DNA from: a virus
Taxonomy: Duplodnaviria > Caudoviricetes
Strand: one strand, 5' to 3'
Virus record (IMG/VR): IMGVR_UViG_3300025767_000015
Coordinates: 1 to 61,065 of that record
Length of the DNA stretch: 61,065 bases
Program-made: the position numbers and the translations under genes
The notes under the pieces: model-generated
What the model saw: only the letters and a program-made list of their open reading frames with translations
Databases searched by the model: none
What the model was told of the DNA's origin: nothing
Part shown: positions 49,411-59,282 of the stretch, in pieces
How the letters are laid out: each line of letters begins with the position of its first letter
How positions within the stretch are numbered: the stretch's first letter is position 1

Positions 49411-50765
49411 TAGTCTAATAATTCTATATCAGCACCTGCTGCAATTAATGCTTTTAAAGTCTCCTCATCTACCATGCTAGTTTGACCGCCACTCATAAAC
49501 TGAGATTGAAATTGTACAGGTACATAGTCATCTGGTCTAAAGATGCCAGTGTTTATATCATAGTCACCTCTATTATTACCAGCAGCCATTGGTATAAAGT
49601 TATCAGTCAGCATATTCATTCTTTGCTGTGATTCTATACGTTGTGCTTTAGCACTATCAATAAATCTGTTTAACATGCCTGCACCAGCAATTCTTCCAAC
49701 AGCGTTAAGCATCTTGTCATTACCATTGCTTTCTTCTTCTGTTTCTATTTCTGTTTCTTTAGTAGCTGGCTTTTTTAAATCTATTGGTATTAAACTTAAC
49801 TCAGGACTAGCTACATCAAATCTAGGTAAAGACTTAGGTTGTGCACCTCCTATAAATGTATCTGTAACAGTCACCTCATCTAGCATTGTAGATTCAGGCT
49901 GCATTAATGACATTTCCTCATCTGTAAAAGGATCTTCAAGGGTTTGCCCAGCAAATTGATATTTCTTTTGACCACCACAAGAATAGCACTCACCACCTAT
50001 ACCCATGTTATCTAGTATCTGCTGTTGTACTTGAGGAGGAAGTGCTTCAAATCCAGGATTGTTTGTACCACCTTTAGCATATCTTTCTCCACCACGCATC
50101 ATCTCTTGCATTTCATCTTCATGGAGATAACCCATTTCTTTCATTTCAAGATGATCTTCCATTTTTTCTGCCATGTAACCTTTTCCAGTATTTGGATCAT
50201 ACATCATATGAGATTCAAACTCTCCACCTTCTGCCCAAGTACCAAATCTTTTATGCCAGTATAGTGGGCTAAATGGATCTTTAGCTTTAGCAGAATCTTT
50301 TCCACCCATTCTATCCCAAAAGTTTTTCTTTCTTTTTGCAGAACCATGTTGACTAAAGTCTTTCATTCCTTTATAACCACCATGAACAACTTTGTACTTA
50401 TCACCTTTTTTAGCAAGTACCATCCATTTTTTACCAGGACGTGTAGATTTCTTTTTAGCTCCTACTTTAGTAAAGCCTTTGTTTTTATAACGTTGTGGTA
50501 TACCGCCACCTTTAGCATACTCTTCCATGTCAGTGTCTTCACCACCATACATGTAGGCACTGTCAGCATATGATACACCTCCGTACATATACTCTTCAGG
50601 TATTTCCATACCTTGCTCAGCTTTTCTATAACCTCCACCACGTTTCTTGTAAGTCTTTACAAGCCAGGCAGAACCATATGCAGATGGCCATCTATCAAAT
50701 TTTCTTTTAGCTTCAGCTTTTACTGCAGCATAAAGTTTCTTATTTGTGGGAATATTTTTAGACAT
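49410..50765 (-). CDS. modular virion protein with basic mini-domains and repeated hydrophobic-x-x-GG motifs
   Basis: 451 aa; WPSAYGSAWLVKTYKKRGG and STRPGKKWMV..SPLYW modules. Confidence 0.7.
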   Translation of the reverse strand: MSKNIPTNKKLYAAVKAEAKRKFDRWPSAYGSAWLVKTYKKRGGGYRKAEQGMEIPEEYMYGGVSYADSAYMYGGEDTDMEEYAKGGGIPQRYKNKGFTKVGAKKKSTRPGKKWMVLAKKGDKYKVVHGGYKGMKDFSQHGSAKRKKNFWDRMGGKDSAKAKDPFSPLYWHKRFGTWAEGGEFESHMMYDPNTGKGYMAEKMEDHLEMKEMGYLHEDEMQEMMRGGERYAKGGTNNPGFEALPPQVQQQILDNMGIGGECYSCGGQKKYQFAGQTLEDPFTDEEMSLMQPESTMLDEVTVTDTFIGGAQPKSLPRFDVASPELSLIPIDLKKPATKETEIETEEESNGNDKMLNAVGRIAGAGMLNRFIDSAKAQRIESQQRMNMLTDNFIPMAAGNNRGDYDINTGIFRPDDYVPVQFQSQFMSGGQTSMVDEETLKALIAAGADIELLD

Positions 50766-50788
50766 AACTAGTTACGATATCTCAATTA

Positions 50789-50800
50789 TAATATACAAAA
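50789..50800 (-). promoter_or_regulatory. putative late promoter TTTTGTATATTA
   Basis: Identical to 7051-7062; 24 nt upstream of ATG 50765. Confidence 0.55.
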
Positions 50801-50820
50801 TTTATAGCAGACTACCATAT

Positions 50821-52323
50821 TTACAGGCCTTTAGGTGTGTAAGTATAGTGCTTCTCACCTCCATACATAAAAACTTTACCTTTACCTAATTCCTTACGTG
50901 CAGCAAACCATGCTCTTTCTTGAGTGTCATATTTACTATAATCAGGCAGTGACTGACCTCCTTGCTTTTTAAGCTCTGCATAACCACCTTTTATACCTTT
51001 TACTTTTGATTTATCAACGCTTGTTCTAAATGACTTTCTATCTCCTTTAGCTTCTACATTTTTATGACCCGTCAACCAAAGATCTTCTATAGATGTTTTA
51101 CCATCAGCATAGTCTTTTAAAACGGCATCTGATTCTATTAAGTTTACTAAAAATGCAGTGTACTGTTGCTTTGGAGTAAGTTGATCTGCAGAAGTAGCTT
51201 TTAATATATCCTCATCCACTTCTAACTCTAAAGCATTTGCTACAGTTTTATAACGGTTTTGAAATGTTTTAAAGGCAGGACCTTCAAACTGAAACATACC
51301 TCTAGCAGGACCATCATCAGCTTGTTTCATCTTAGGGTTCATAGTATGCCAAGACTCATGGTATGCTATAGTATCAGCTGTATTACCCCAAAAGTCTTTA
51401 GTATTACCTCGGCTATCTACTAAATAGTCTAAAGTATTATCTAAATCTAAAACGTTACTTTTAGGTTTAGAAGACTTTGCATTTACAATTCTATTTTCAA
51501 GGCTGTCCTCTACAGGACCTGTTACCATAGGATAAACTTTATCTTGAATTGGACCAGGAGTTAAAGACGGAGGACCTACTTGTCTACCTGTCTGATACTT
51601 TTCTTTTTTCCAAGAACCTTCATCAGCAAACTTAATGGCAGCTTTTACATTCTCACCAAAGTCATATACTTCACCACGTTTAAGAGCTTCCTCATACGCA
51701 GGATAAAAACTACTATCTTGAGACATGTCTATCCAAGTATTATCTTCATTTTGGAATAGAGTAGGAAAAGCTACCCAACCTCTACCATCTACATACTCTC
51801 TAGCCATTAGATGAGTAGATACAGAATTATCTTCATTTTTTCTTACACCATTACGTCCTACAACTTCAATACCTTCTTGTGCACGTTTATGATTGTAGTT
51901 AATACGCTTACTTGAAGTCTTAGACTTTTTAAACTTAGCTTTCTCAGCAGAAGACATTTCTTTAGTAGTTTTAGGTGTAGTTTTATTTACACGTTTACTT
52001 GGTCTACATGCTGGGTAGGGTCTACCATTTTTGTCTTTACCAGATCTACCACACTTCTTACCTGTTTTAACGTCAACCCATTCTTCTGCAAACCACTGAG
52101 TGAGGCCACCAGAACCATAGGCAGGTAACTCTGTAACGTAATCTCCTTGAAATTCATATTCACTACCAGGATACATAAGCTCAGAATTACCCAAGTTATC
52201 AATACCAAGTACAGGAAAGTCTACTCCAATCATACTAATCCTATTAGAAGGAATAATATTATAATCATTGTTTACGTCTGGAGAATTTCTTCTATATCCT
52301 GTTTTTGTAACCCGACCTTTCAT
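50821..52323 (-). CDS. modular virion protein with a DUF5872-like basic module and a lysozyme/lytic-transglycosylase-like domain
   Basis: 500 aa; GLTQWFAEEW..CGR..YPACRP and IAYHES..GPARGMFQF. Confidence 0.65.
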   Translation of the reverse strand: MKGRVTKTGYRRNSPDVNNDYNIIPSNRISMIGVDFPVLGIDNLGNSELMYPGSEYEFQGDYVTELPAYGSGGLTQWFAEEWVDVKTGKKCGRSGKDKNGRPYPACRPSKRVNKTTPKTTKEMSSAEKAKFKKSKTSSKRINYNHKRAQEGIEVVGRNGVRKNEDNSVSTHLMAREYVDGRGWVAFPTLFQNEDNTWIDMSQDSSFYPAYEEALKRGEVYDFGENVKAAIKFADEGSWKKEKYQTGRQVGPPSLTPGPIQDKVYPMVTGPVEDSLENRIVNAKSSKPKSNVLDLDNTLDYLVDSRGNTKDFWGNTADTIAYHESWHTMNPKMKQADDGPARGMFQFEGPAFKTFQNRYKTVANALELEVDEDILKATSADQLTPKQQYTAFLVNLIESDAVLKDYADGKTSIEDLWLTGHKNVEAKGDRKSFRTSVDKSKVKGIKGGYAELKKQGGQSLPDYSKYDTQERAWFAARKELGKGKVFMYGGEKHYTYTPKGL

Positions 52324-55300
52324 TATCTATGGGAGTAATTTAGTTTAGCATTTGTCAATCTAATACGCAGCTTGTTATTGCCTGATACGTTTCTTCTTAA
52401 GAACAATCTATTATTGTAGTGACGGAACTTCTTATGCTGGTGAGCATCTTTAGTGTAGTCAAGATTAAAGTCATTTAATGTTCTAACATAACCGTTAGCA
52501 GAAGTATTCCACACATTACGGGTTACACCACTAAACTCACCTCTATCTCTTGTGATATCATAGAACTGATTAAACCTATACTTATTCTCTTCTTTACTGT
52601 ATAGAATATCTATACTAGAAGTATTAACTTTAGGGTAGCCTAAAATAGCTTGAGGGTCATTCTTAGGAGAGATGTTTAACCTCAGCATACCAGACACTTG
52701 TTCAGAGTTGTAAACTACAGCTCTATCAAAGTTTTGATCAAGTACATGATACTCATCTTTACAGTTAGGTTTGTATCTATAAGCTTCTAATTGATATTCA
52801 AAGCTTCTAATAGTACTAACAGCCTGTCCTGTATTAATGATCTGCTCTAATTCAAATGGATAATCTTCACCATAGTAGTTACCAAAACTTTGACAATTGC
52901 TATTATGAATCCATATACCGTTACCCTTAACAGTCATAAAGTTGTTTCTACCTGGTAACATAAACTCAGGATGCCAATCATGGAATGATATCCAAGCATT
53001 ACGCTTAACATCATAACTAACTGTCCAACTAGCTTCTTCAAAGTAATCAGGGTCTCCTAATTCTACTACAGAGTTTCTGATCATAAACCTGTTTAAGTCA
53101 TCATAAACAAGCTTGTCTTCAAATCCAGGCTTAACAGAATAATCTTTTTTACTAATGTAAAGCATTGCGTTCTTGTTATCATAGATAGTAGAAACACCAA
53201 CACCTGTTACAGGGTTATCTGTTAGATTGAACTCTGGGAAAGAATCTTGAATTTTATAAGGTAGATACTTAGCAAACCACCACTTCATTCCTGCACCGGT
53301 AATGTCTTCTAGACCTTTACCATATTTAAATATTTTACCTTGATTCTGAGACACGTAGTAAATACCTGCAGGAGTAGCACTAATTGCTAATCTGTTTTGA
53401 GAGCTACCATATTCATAGGAAGCATCTACATTCACTGTGTTTCTAATCTTCTGACTTGGATCAAATAAACCACCGTCTCCAATAGTTATTTCTACACCTG
53501 CTTCAGATTGTAAAGTATCTGCACCAGCAAAGAACATAGGAGATTCTCTGCGTAGCATAATTAATGCACCAGCGTTACCAATAGGTTTCACTGCTGTTAT
53601 GGGGCTCTTAAAGTCTTGATAGTTGTTAACCAGGAAGGTTCTCCAATTATCTACTTTAAGAGTCTGTTCTTGAGGCAAAGAGTAAATCAGCCTATTAGGG
53701 TAATATGTATGACAATCTTCAGATATTTCTGGATCATAATCTCTTGTCTGTATATTACCCATACTAACATTATTAGTAAAGTAATATCCAGCTGATAAAG
53801 AGAAGTCATACTTAAAATGATTACCTGCTGTTATCTCATCTGCACGGAAGATACGTTGTAAGTCTGTATATTCTCTATCGTCATAATGACGTGTTCTTGG
53901 TTCATCGTCATGGTCTCTGTAAGCACAGTTAATTTCTGACTCTACAAAGAACTCTTTTATTCCTGAGTTAAACAAATAAAAATAACCTTTAGCTAAGAAG
54001 AAACCATTTGGTGATATAGGTCTATCTAAATTGTGTAAATCAGAAGGCAAAGTATCTATTTCATCTTGTACATCATCATTACTAGAAAGTTTTAGACCCT
54101 TAATAGCGTTTTTAATGTTAGTAATACCTGCTCCAATAGACTGACCTAATCCTTCTACAAAGTTATCAAATTTATATTCTTCAGTATTAATGTAATATCT
54201 AGGATAAGGAACATTAATGTGTTGACGATAATCATATTCCTCTCCGTCTGTAAACTCTTTACCTGCTAACCAATCATTAAAAAAGAACATAGTATTCTTT
54301 TCTGTATACTTAGTAATATATACATCACCACCAAATAGTATATCAGTTTTAAACTGACTAGCTACTTGATAAGTATCAGGTAATAGCTGAACACACCCAG
54401 TTAAAGATTGAGCAATATTTTCTAGTTGACCATATTGATTCTCATTCTGAATCTTAATACCTACGTATTTGGAAGAAATAGGATTAGCAAACTTTTTTGC
54501 TTTTACTGCTTTTAAACTTTTATCCCAAAAACCAGCACTTCTTAAGGTATACTTACTTTTATCTTCTATATTTGGATCTGAAATATTAGAATCAGTTTCT
54601 ATAGTTACAGATCTAGTTCTTAGATAATTGTTTATACTTCTACTAGTACCATAGCTGTAGTTTTGATTCTTAATGTATATAGCATTATTAAGCTTTCTTC
54701 TGGTTTCACCAGTTTGAGAAGGAATAAAATTATTATACAAGCCATGACTAATATGTTGGAGTGCATATTGTCTATAAGGATTAACAGACCTAAGTAAATC
54801 TAATGCTTCATTAGCACCTTGTCCAATAAAGGTTATAAGAGCTGGAATTATACCAGCTAACTTTAAATAACCAGGAAGCTCATTAAATTTAGACGAAGTA
54901 GTAGTATCTGCATACTCACCACCTAAAGGCCCAGCTATTGCATATTTACCAATTTTTGCAATAGTATCATTACTTGTAAGTTTACTTAAAAAGTTTATAC
55001 CAGTACTTTGTAATGTTGCTTCTGCTCCAGACGCAAAAAAAGCAGCACCTGCACCTATTACACCATTAATATTACCACCAGATACTTTTGGAAAAGTTAT
55101 TGTTTTTGTACTTTCACCTGCCAATCCTTGAACAGCATTACCTAGACCTAGCAATACTGAAATAAGCATTGTAGTATCAGAAAGCAATTTATGTTTTGGA
55201 TGCTTATGTGGATCTATAAACTTCCCTTCAGCTAAACCAGAAACTTCACCGTATATTCTAAGTTCTGTACCAGATAAAAACGGATGTTTAAATTGAGTAT

Positions 55301-57104
55301 CAGGAGAATGAAAGGTAAAGTCTTTTTTACTATAGGTATCAATAGCAAATTCATTACTTTTATTTCTACCAACTTGTCTAAGTCTACCGTCTTCTGGGAA
55401 TACACTTGTTAGATATGGATCAGGTCTTAAGTCATTAAATGGATAATTAGCATATAGTCCTTTTCTGTCTGAATCTGGTATATCATACTCAAACATATTA
55501 TTGATAATACCCTTAGCAATAATAGACTTGTTACCTTTTCTAGATCCCCTAAGAATCTCATAACCAACAATACCAGCAATAAGATTACCATCATTATCTA
55601 CCGGTGGCTGTATACTGCTAAACTCTACACCTAATACATTGATCTTAGTACCACCTTGATTGTGTCTAGGTGTTACTGTATCATCAGGCATCTTGTGATG
55701 TCTAATAGGCTTACCACATAGTGCACCCCATACTTCTGGCTTATTATCTGGATAACGTTCTGTAGACTCCCAGTAACCCATTTTACCACGCTTAACAACC
55801 TTACCACCATCTGATAAAGTTTCACCACCTAGACCTGTTACTGTAGCTGTATTATATACTTGCCATCTCTGTTGCTTCTCAGCTTCCCAAATTTCTACTC
55901 CGTCTGGTGCAAGCTCATCTACATCTTGAGCAATTGCTTGCCTTCCTGGTATATGATATGAACTAGATTTTTCACCAGTACTGTACACCCATCTAATAAA
56001 AAAGGTATATTGTTCATCACGCATGTAGCCAGCATTGCTACCAGAATCTCTATAATAGTCTGCATTATATTCTACTGATACCCAGTTAGTTCTAATCTTA
56101 TTAGCTAACAGCTGGTAATTAAAATCAAATTTAGTTGTAGGACCTACACGTAGTAAATAATTTGTTACTGTATAAATAGCATCTGACTTTTCATATGCTG
56201 GACTACGCAATAAAAGCTGCTCAAGAGGTATGGCAACTAAACGTTGATCTATACTATCAATTGTAATCTTAGTAGCTTGAGTAGAGTAGTAACCAAATGT
56301 AGAAGCACTAGTTTGCTGATTAATAAATGTAATAACAGCAACTTCAAACTCATCAAACCTATCAACATCTAAACCTTCTATATTAACTTCAATAGATCCT
56401 ACAGAATTCTCATGAAAGAATATAGACTGCAAGTTAGATGCTGCTATATAATCAGTTACTCTAGTACCATTAATAGAGTATGCAATCATTACCTGATAAG
56501 TACCATTGAGTAGTGTACCTATCTCTCCTTGCTCTATAGTAAGACATGGAGTATCCATTAGTCTTGCTAAACGAATTTGCTCACCATCTAAATCTGCGGT
56601 AGGTGTTTCTACAACACAATCATCTACTACCCTCTTTGTAACCTTGTAAGGTATGTTATCTATGTTGAGAGTTCTAGAAGGATTCTTACCATCATCCCAG
56701 TATAGCTGCCAAGTGCAATCATAGTTTTCTTTAGAAGCACCCTTAATCAAATGATTTTTATCAAAGGATAAAACTTTATCATTAACTAGTTTAGAATAAG
56801 TGCACTGACTTTCATCAAATAAACCTATCTCACTGTTAATGTTATCTGTAGAAAAAATAGCCCACTTATCATCGTATAAATGAATAGACCCTATAATATC
56901 ATAAGGAACTTCAGCACACAATCTATTTGAAGACTCATTCTCTAACGTTCCAAAGTCTCCTTCTGTAGAGTTGTTAACTGCATTTCTTGCATGAACCCAA
57001 GTACCAGGAGTTTGAAATGACTCATTGGTATCCTGCACCATTCCTTTTACAAAAGAATCAGTGTGTGTATTTTGCTGGGTATTAGGAGTCTGCTTCTTTG
57101 CCAT
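52323..57104 (-). CDS. tail muzzle/stabilization protein (crAss type)
   Basis: 1593 aa, beta-rich; FVKGMVQD..NAVN start, GYMRDEQY, IRHHKMP, FGGDVYI, WTVSY..WISFHDW; follows the ring genes. Confidence 0.8.
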   Translation of the reverse strand: MAKKQTPNTQQNTHTDSFVKGMVQDTNESFQTPGTWVHARNAVNNSTEGDFGTLENESSNRLCAEVPYDIIGSIHLYDDKWAIFSTDNINSEIGLFDESQCTYSKLVNDKVLSFDKNHLIKGASKENYDCTWQLYWDDGKNPSRTLNIDNIPYKVTKRVVDDCVVETPTADLDGEQIRLARLMDTPCLTIEQGEIGTLLNGTYQVMIAYSINGTRVTDYIAASNLQSIFFHENSVGSIEVNIEGLDVDRFDEFEVAVITFINQQTSASTFGYYSTQATKITIDSIDQRLVAIPLEQLLLRSPAYEKSDAIYTVTNYLLRVGPTTKFDFNYQLLANKIRTNWVSVEYNADYYRDSGSNAGYMRDEQYTFFIRWVYSTGEKSSSYHIPGRQAIAQDVDELAPDGVEIWEAEKQQRWQVYNTATVTGLGGETLSDGGKVVKRGKMGYWESTERYPDNKPEVWGALCGKPIRHHKMPDDTVTPRHNQGGTKINVLGVEFSSIQPPVDNDGNLIAGIVGYEILRGSRKGNKSIIAKGIINNMFEYDIPDSDRKGLYANYPFNDLRPDPYLTSVFPEDGRLRQVGRNKSNEFAIDTYSKKDFTFHSPDTQFKHPFLSGTELRIYGEVSGLAEGKFIDPHKHPKHKLLSDTTMLISVLLGLGNAVQGLAGESTKTITFPKVSGGNINGVIGAGAAFFASGAEATLQSTGINFLSKLTSNDTIAKIGKYAIAGPLGGEYADTTTSSKFNELPGYLKLAGIIPALITFIGQGANEALDLLRSVNPYRQYALQHISHGLYNNFIPSQTGETRRKLNNAIYIKNQNYSYGTSRSINNYLRTRSVTIETDSNISDPNIEDKSKYTLRSAGFWDKSLKAVKAKKFANPISSKYVGIKIQNENQYGQLENIAQSLTGCVQLLPDTYQVASQFKTDILFGGDVYITKYTEKNTMFFFNDWLAGKEFTDGEEYDYRQHINVPYPRYYINTEEYKFDNFVEGLGQSIGAGITNIKNAIKGLKLSSNDDVQDEIDTLPSDLHNLDRPISPNGFFLAKGYFYLFNSGIKEFFVESEINCAYRDHDDEPRTRHYDDREYTDLQRIFRADEITAGNHFKYDFSLSAGYYFTNNVSMGNIQTRDYDPEISEDCHTYYPNRLIYSLPQEQTLKVDNWRTFLVNNYQDFKSPITAVKPIGNAGALIMLRRESPMFFAGADTLQSEAGVEITIGDGGLFDPSQKIRNTVNVDASYEYGSSQNRLAISATPAGIYYVSQNQGKIFKYGKGLEDITGAGMKWWFAKYLPYKIQDSFPEFNLTDNPVTGVGVSTIYDNKNAMLYISKKDYSVKPGFEDKLVYDDLNRFMIRNSVVELGDPDYFEEASWTVSYDVKRNAWISFHDWHPEFMLPGRNNFMTVKGNGIWIHNSNCQSFGNYYGEDYPFELEQIINTGQAVSTIRSFEYQLEAYRYKPNCKDEYHVLDQNFDRAVVYNSEQVSGMLRLNISPKNDPQAILGYPKVNTSSIDILYSKEENKYRFNQFYDITRDRGEFSGVTRNVWNTSANGYVRTLNDFNLDYTKDAHQHKKFRHYNNRLFLRRNVSGNNKLRIRLTNAKLNYSHR

Positions 57105-57105
57105 C

Positions 57106-57969
57106 TTATCTTAAAGTTGGGGTGCTCTTAAACATGTTTACATACTTGTCATACTGTGAACGTCTGTTCATACTCCAGATTTTTTGCAATTCAGCAAAGT
57201 CTGGTGTATTTACAAATGACAACGCATTGTTTCTTGCAGCTCTTAGACGAGCTTCAATTAAGTTTAATTGCTGTGATACAGGCTCTCCTGCAAAAATCAT
57301 ATTCTCTAGTATACGTTGCTTAATAGCATACTCATAGTATTCATTTACTAGAGGGTGATCCATAACTACAAGTTCTCCTGTAGAGCTTTCCATTTGAGAT
57401 TGGTAGTTAATATAAACCTGACCACTGGTAAAGTTTGTATAAACAAATCCATCTCTAATTTCTATTTGAAACTGACTATCGTTCCAACGACTGTTAGGGC
57501 ATTTATCTGAAACACCTTGACCTACAGCTTTTACTTTAGCAAAGCTTTCATAAACCTTTACTTGAGTTTTACTTTTTTGAATAAGCTGGTAGTAATCACC
57601 ACAGTCATTCATACATACAGATGTATCTACAGGGCAACCATCAGAATCTAATGCTACACTACCCTTATCTAAGATTACATCTTCTATTAATGTACCAGAA
57701 GGAACAGAGCTTTCTACTCTATACTTACCGGTCATGTATGCAAAGTTTAAAGAATAAAAGTTATTAGGCATCTTAGCCTTACCCTTATCTATATCTAAGA
57801 TAACTTGTCTAGATCTTTGGACTCTAACTCCTAAGTCAAAGTTAACTCTCATTGCAACTTTAATAAGCTGCTGAGGTTCTATCATACCTTCTAAAGCATA
57901 AGTAGAGAAGTCAATACTTACTTCTTCTATTAGCTGATCAAAGGTTCTATATTGAATATTAGCTGCCAT
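57106..57969 (-). CDS. tail ring/adaptor protein
   Basis: 287 aa; GFVYTNFTSGQVYINY motif; position upstream of the muzzle gene. Confidence 0.65.
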   Translation of the reverse strand: MAANIQYRTFDQLIEEVSIDFSTYALEGMIEPQQLIKVAMRVNFDLGVRVQRSRQVILDIDKGKAKMPNNFYSLNFAYMTGKYRVESSVPSGTLIEDVILDKGSVALDSDGCPVDTSVCMNDCGDYYQLIQKSKTQVKVYESFAKVKAVGQGVSDKCPNSRWNDSQFQIEIRDGFVYTNFTSGQVYINYQSQMESSTGELVVMDHPLVNEYYEYAIKQRILENMIFAGEPVSQQLNLIEARLRAARNNALSFVNTPDFAELQKIWSMNRRSQYDKYVNMFKSTPTLR

Positions 57970-58640
57970 TATCTAGAGATATTTTGATTATCATGTTTAC
58001 CATCACTAGGAAGTTTTGCAAGACCTGACATAGTTTGAAGCACTTGAGCTTCTATTTCTGCAAACAAAAAGTCTGGTACGTTAAACTCTTGCTCTTGTCT
58101 AATAAGGCAGTCATCTTCTACATCACAGTTCCACTTAGTAATATCATCTTCAAATACTCCTTCTATCTTAATAGCATCCCAATCAACGTTAGGAAAATAC
58201 AGATAGCCATTTAAAAACCAAAAGTATTTAGTAGTGTTGTATCTAAAGGTTGAACCCTTAGTCATAGAAGTGTAAGTACCCGGTTGTGTAGGCTGAAGCT
58301 CAATACCTCCATCAATAGAGCTAACAGTTCTAATTAATGGACCCCAGTAACCTTGCATGAAATTAGGAAGCTTAGCTTTAGTACGTTTAATAGTACACCC
58401 TGACTTAATACCAGAACACTGAGCTTCTATTTTATCTACCTCTATAAGTTCTACAAAAGGTAAAGTTTTAAATACACTGTTAAATTTCATTAGCTTATTT
58501 GTAGAATCTTGTCTACGCATATAAACTGCAGTGTATTTAATTATAAGGCTGTAGATATATCTATCCGTTAAGAAAGCATCTTGCCTTGAGCTTTTAAATT
58601 GGTTTCTTACTCTTGAAACGATCTCACCAATTGTTGCCAT
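57969..58640 (-). CDS. tail ring/adaptor protein
   Basis: 223 aa; C..KRTK..LP, YFWFLNGYLY and IEGVFED motifs; position. Confidence 0.65.
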   Translation of the reverse strand: MATIGEIVSRVRNQFKSSRQDAFLTDRYIYSLIIKYTAVYMRRQDSTNKLMKFNSVFKTLPFVELIEVDKIEAQCSGIKSGCTIKRTKAKLPNFMQGYWGPLIRTVSSIDGGIELQPTQPGTYTSMTKGSTFRYNTTKYFWFLNGYLYFPNVDWDAIKIEGVFEDDITKWNCDVEDDCLIRQEQEFNVPDFLFAEIEAQVLQTMSGLAKLPSDGKHDNQNISR

Positions 58641-58641
58641 A

Positions 58642-59235
58642 TTAATCTAGTTCAAACTCATTATACTCATCTATTGAGTTAGCATAGTTTCTAGTTTCAA
58701 TCTTACGATCTACAACTTTAGAAAATATGTCAGTAACTCTCACAGTATCAGTGAGTTGAACATAGCGCATATAATTGTCTGGGAAAGTTTGTGCAACAGA
58801 TCTTTTAAACTGTCTTACTCCTTGGAACCCCCATATGTCTCTAAATGCAAACTTATATTTAGCGTGATAGTTGCTGTACATAATTTTAGCAAGACGGTTA
58901 TCTGTCTCCCAGTTTTGATTATGTACAGTTAATCCTAGTTTAGCAGACTCTTTAAAGTTTATATTGTTTTTATGTTTTGAAGCTGGTGTGCTTGCTATAA
59001 ATAAAAACCCTATACCATCTGGAAGCTCTACCCCGTCTCTATTTTCTATGACCTCTTTCCAAACAGCCTCATTAAACTGTTTAATTATTTCTTTAAAGTG
59101 GTCAAGATCTATTTTCTTATAACGAGGATACTTCTCTTTAAATTCTTCTAACAGTTTACTATTCAATACACTAAATACCTTTTCCCTATATCGGGGAGCA
59201 TTTAAATTAGGTTTCTTATACGGCTTGTTACTCAT
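58642..59235 (-). CDS. IHF/HU-like DNA-binding protein
   Basis: IIKQFNEAVWKEVI..GVELPDGIGFLFI..F.G.RQFKR.V pattern; IHF-like genes occupy this position in crAss-like phages. Confidence 0.6.
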   Translation of the reverse strand: MSNKPYKKPNLNAPRYREKVFSVLNSKLLEEFKEKYPRYKKIDLDHFKEIIKQFNEAVWKEVIENRDGVELPDGIGFLFIASTPASKHKNNINFKESAKLGLTVHNQNWETDNRLAKIMYSNYHAKYKFAFRDIWGFQGVRQFKRSVAQTFPDNYMRYVQLTDTVRVTDIFSKVVDRKIETRNYANSIDEYNEFELD

Positions 59236-59282
59236 AGATACCTACTTATAATTTACTGAAAATACAGGAAGAATCAAAGAGA

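Noticed and set aside
22528-57337. Short + strand and alternate-frame ORFs inside the - strand block (e.g. 22528-22947, 22583-22879, 25216-25464, 40503-40880, 49675-49959, 57098-57337)
   Set aside because: Nested in long motif-bearing genes, with the S/L/F-rich composition typical of antisense shadows.
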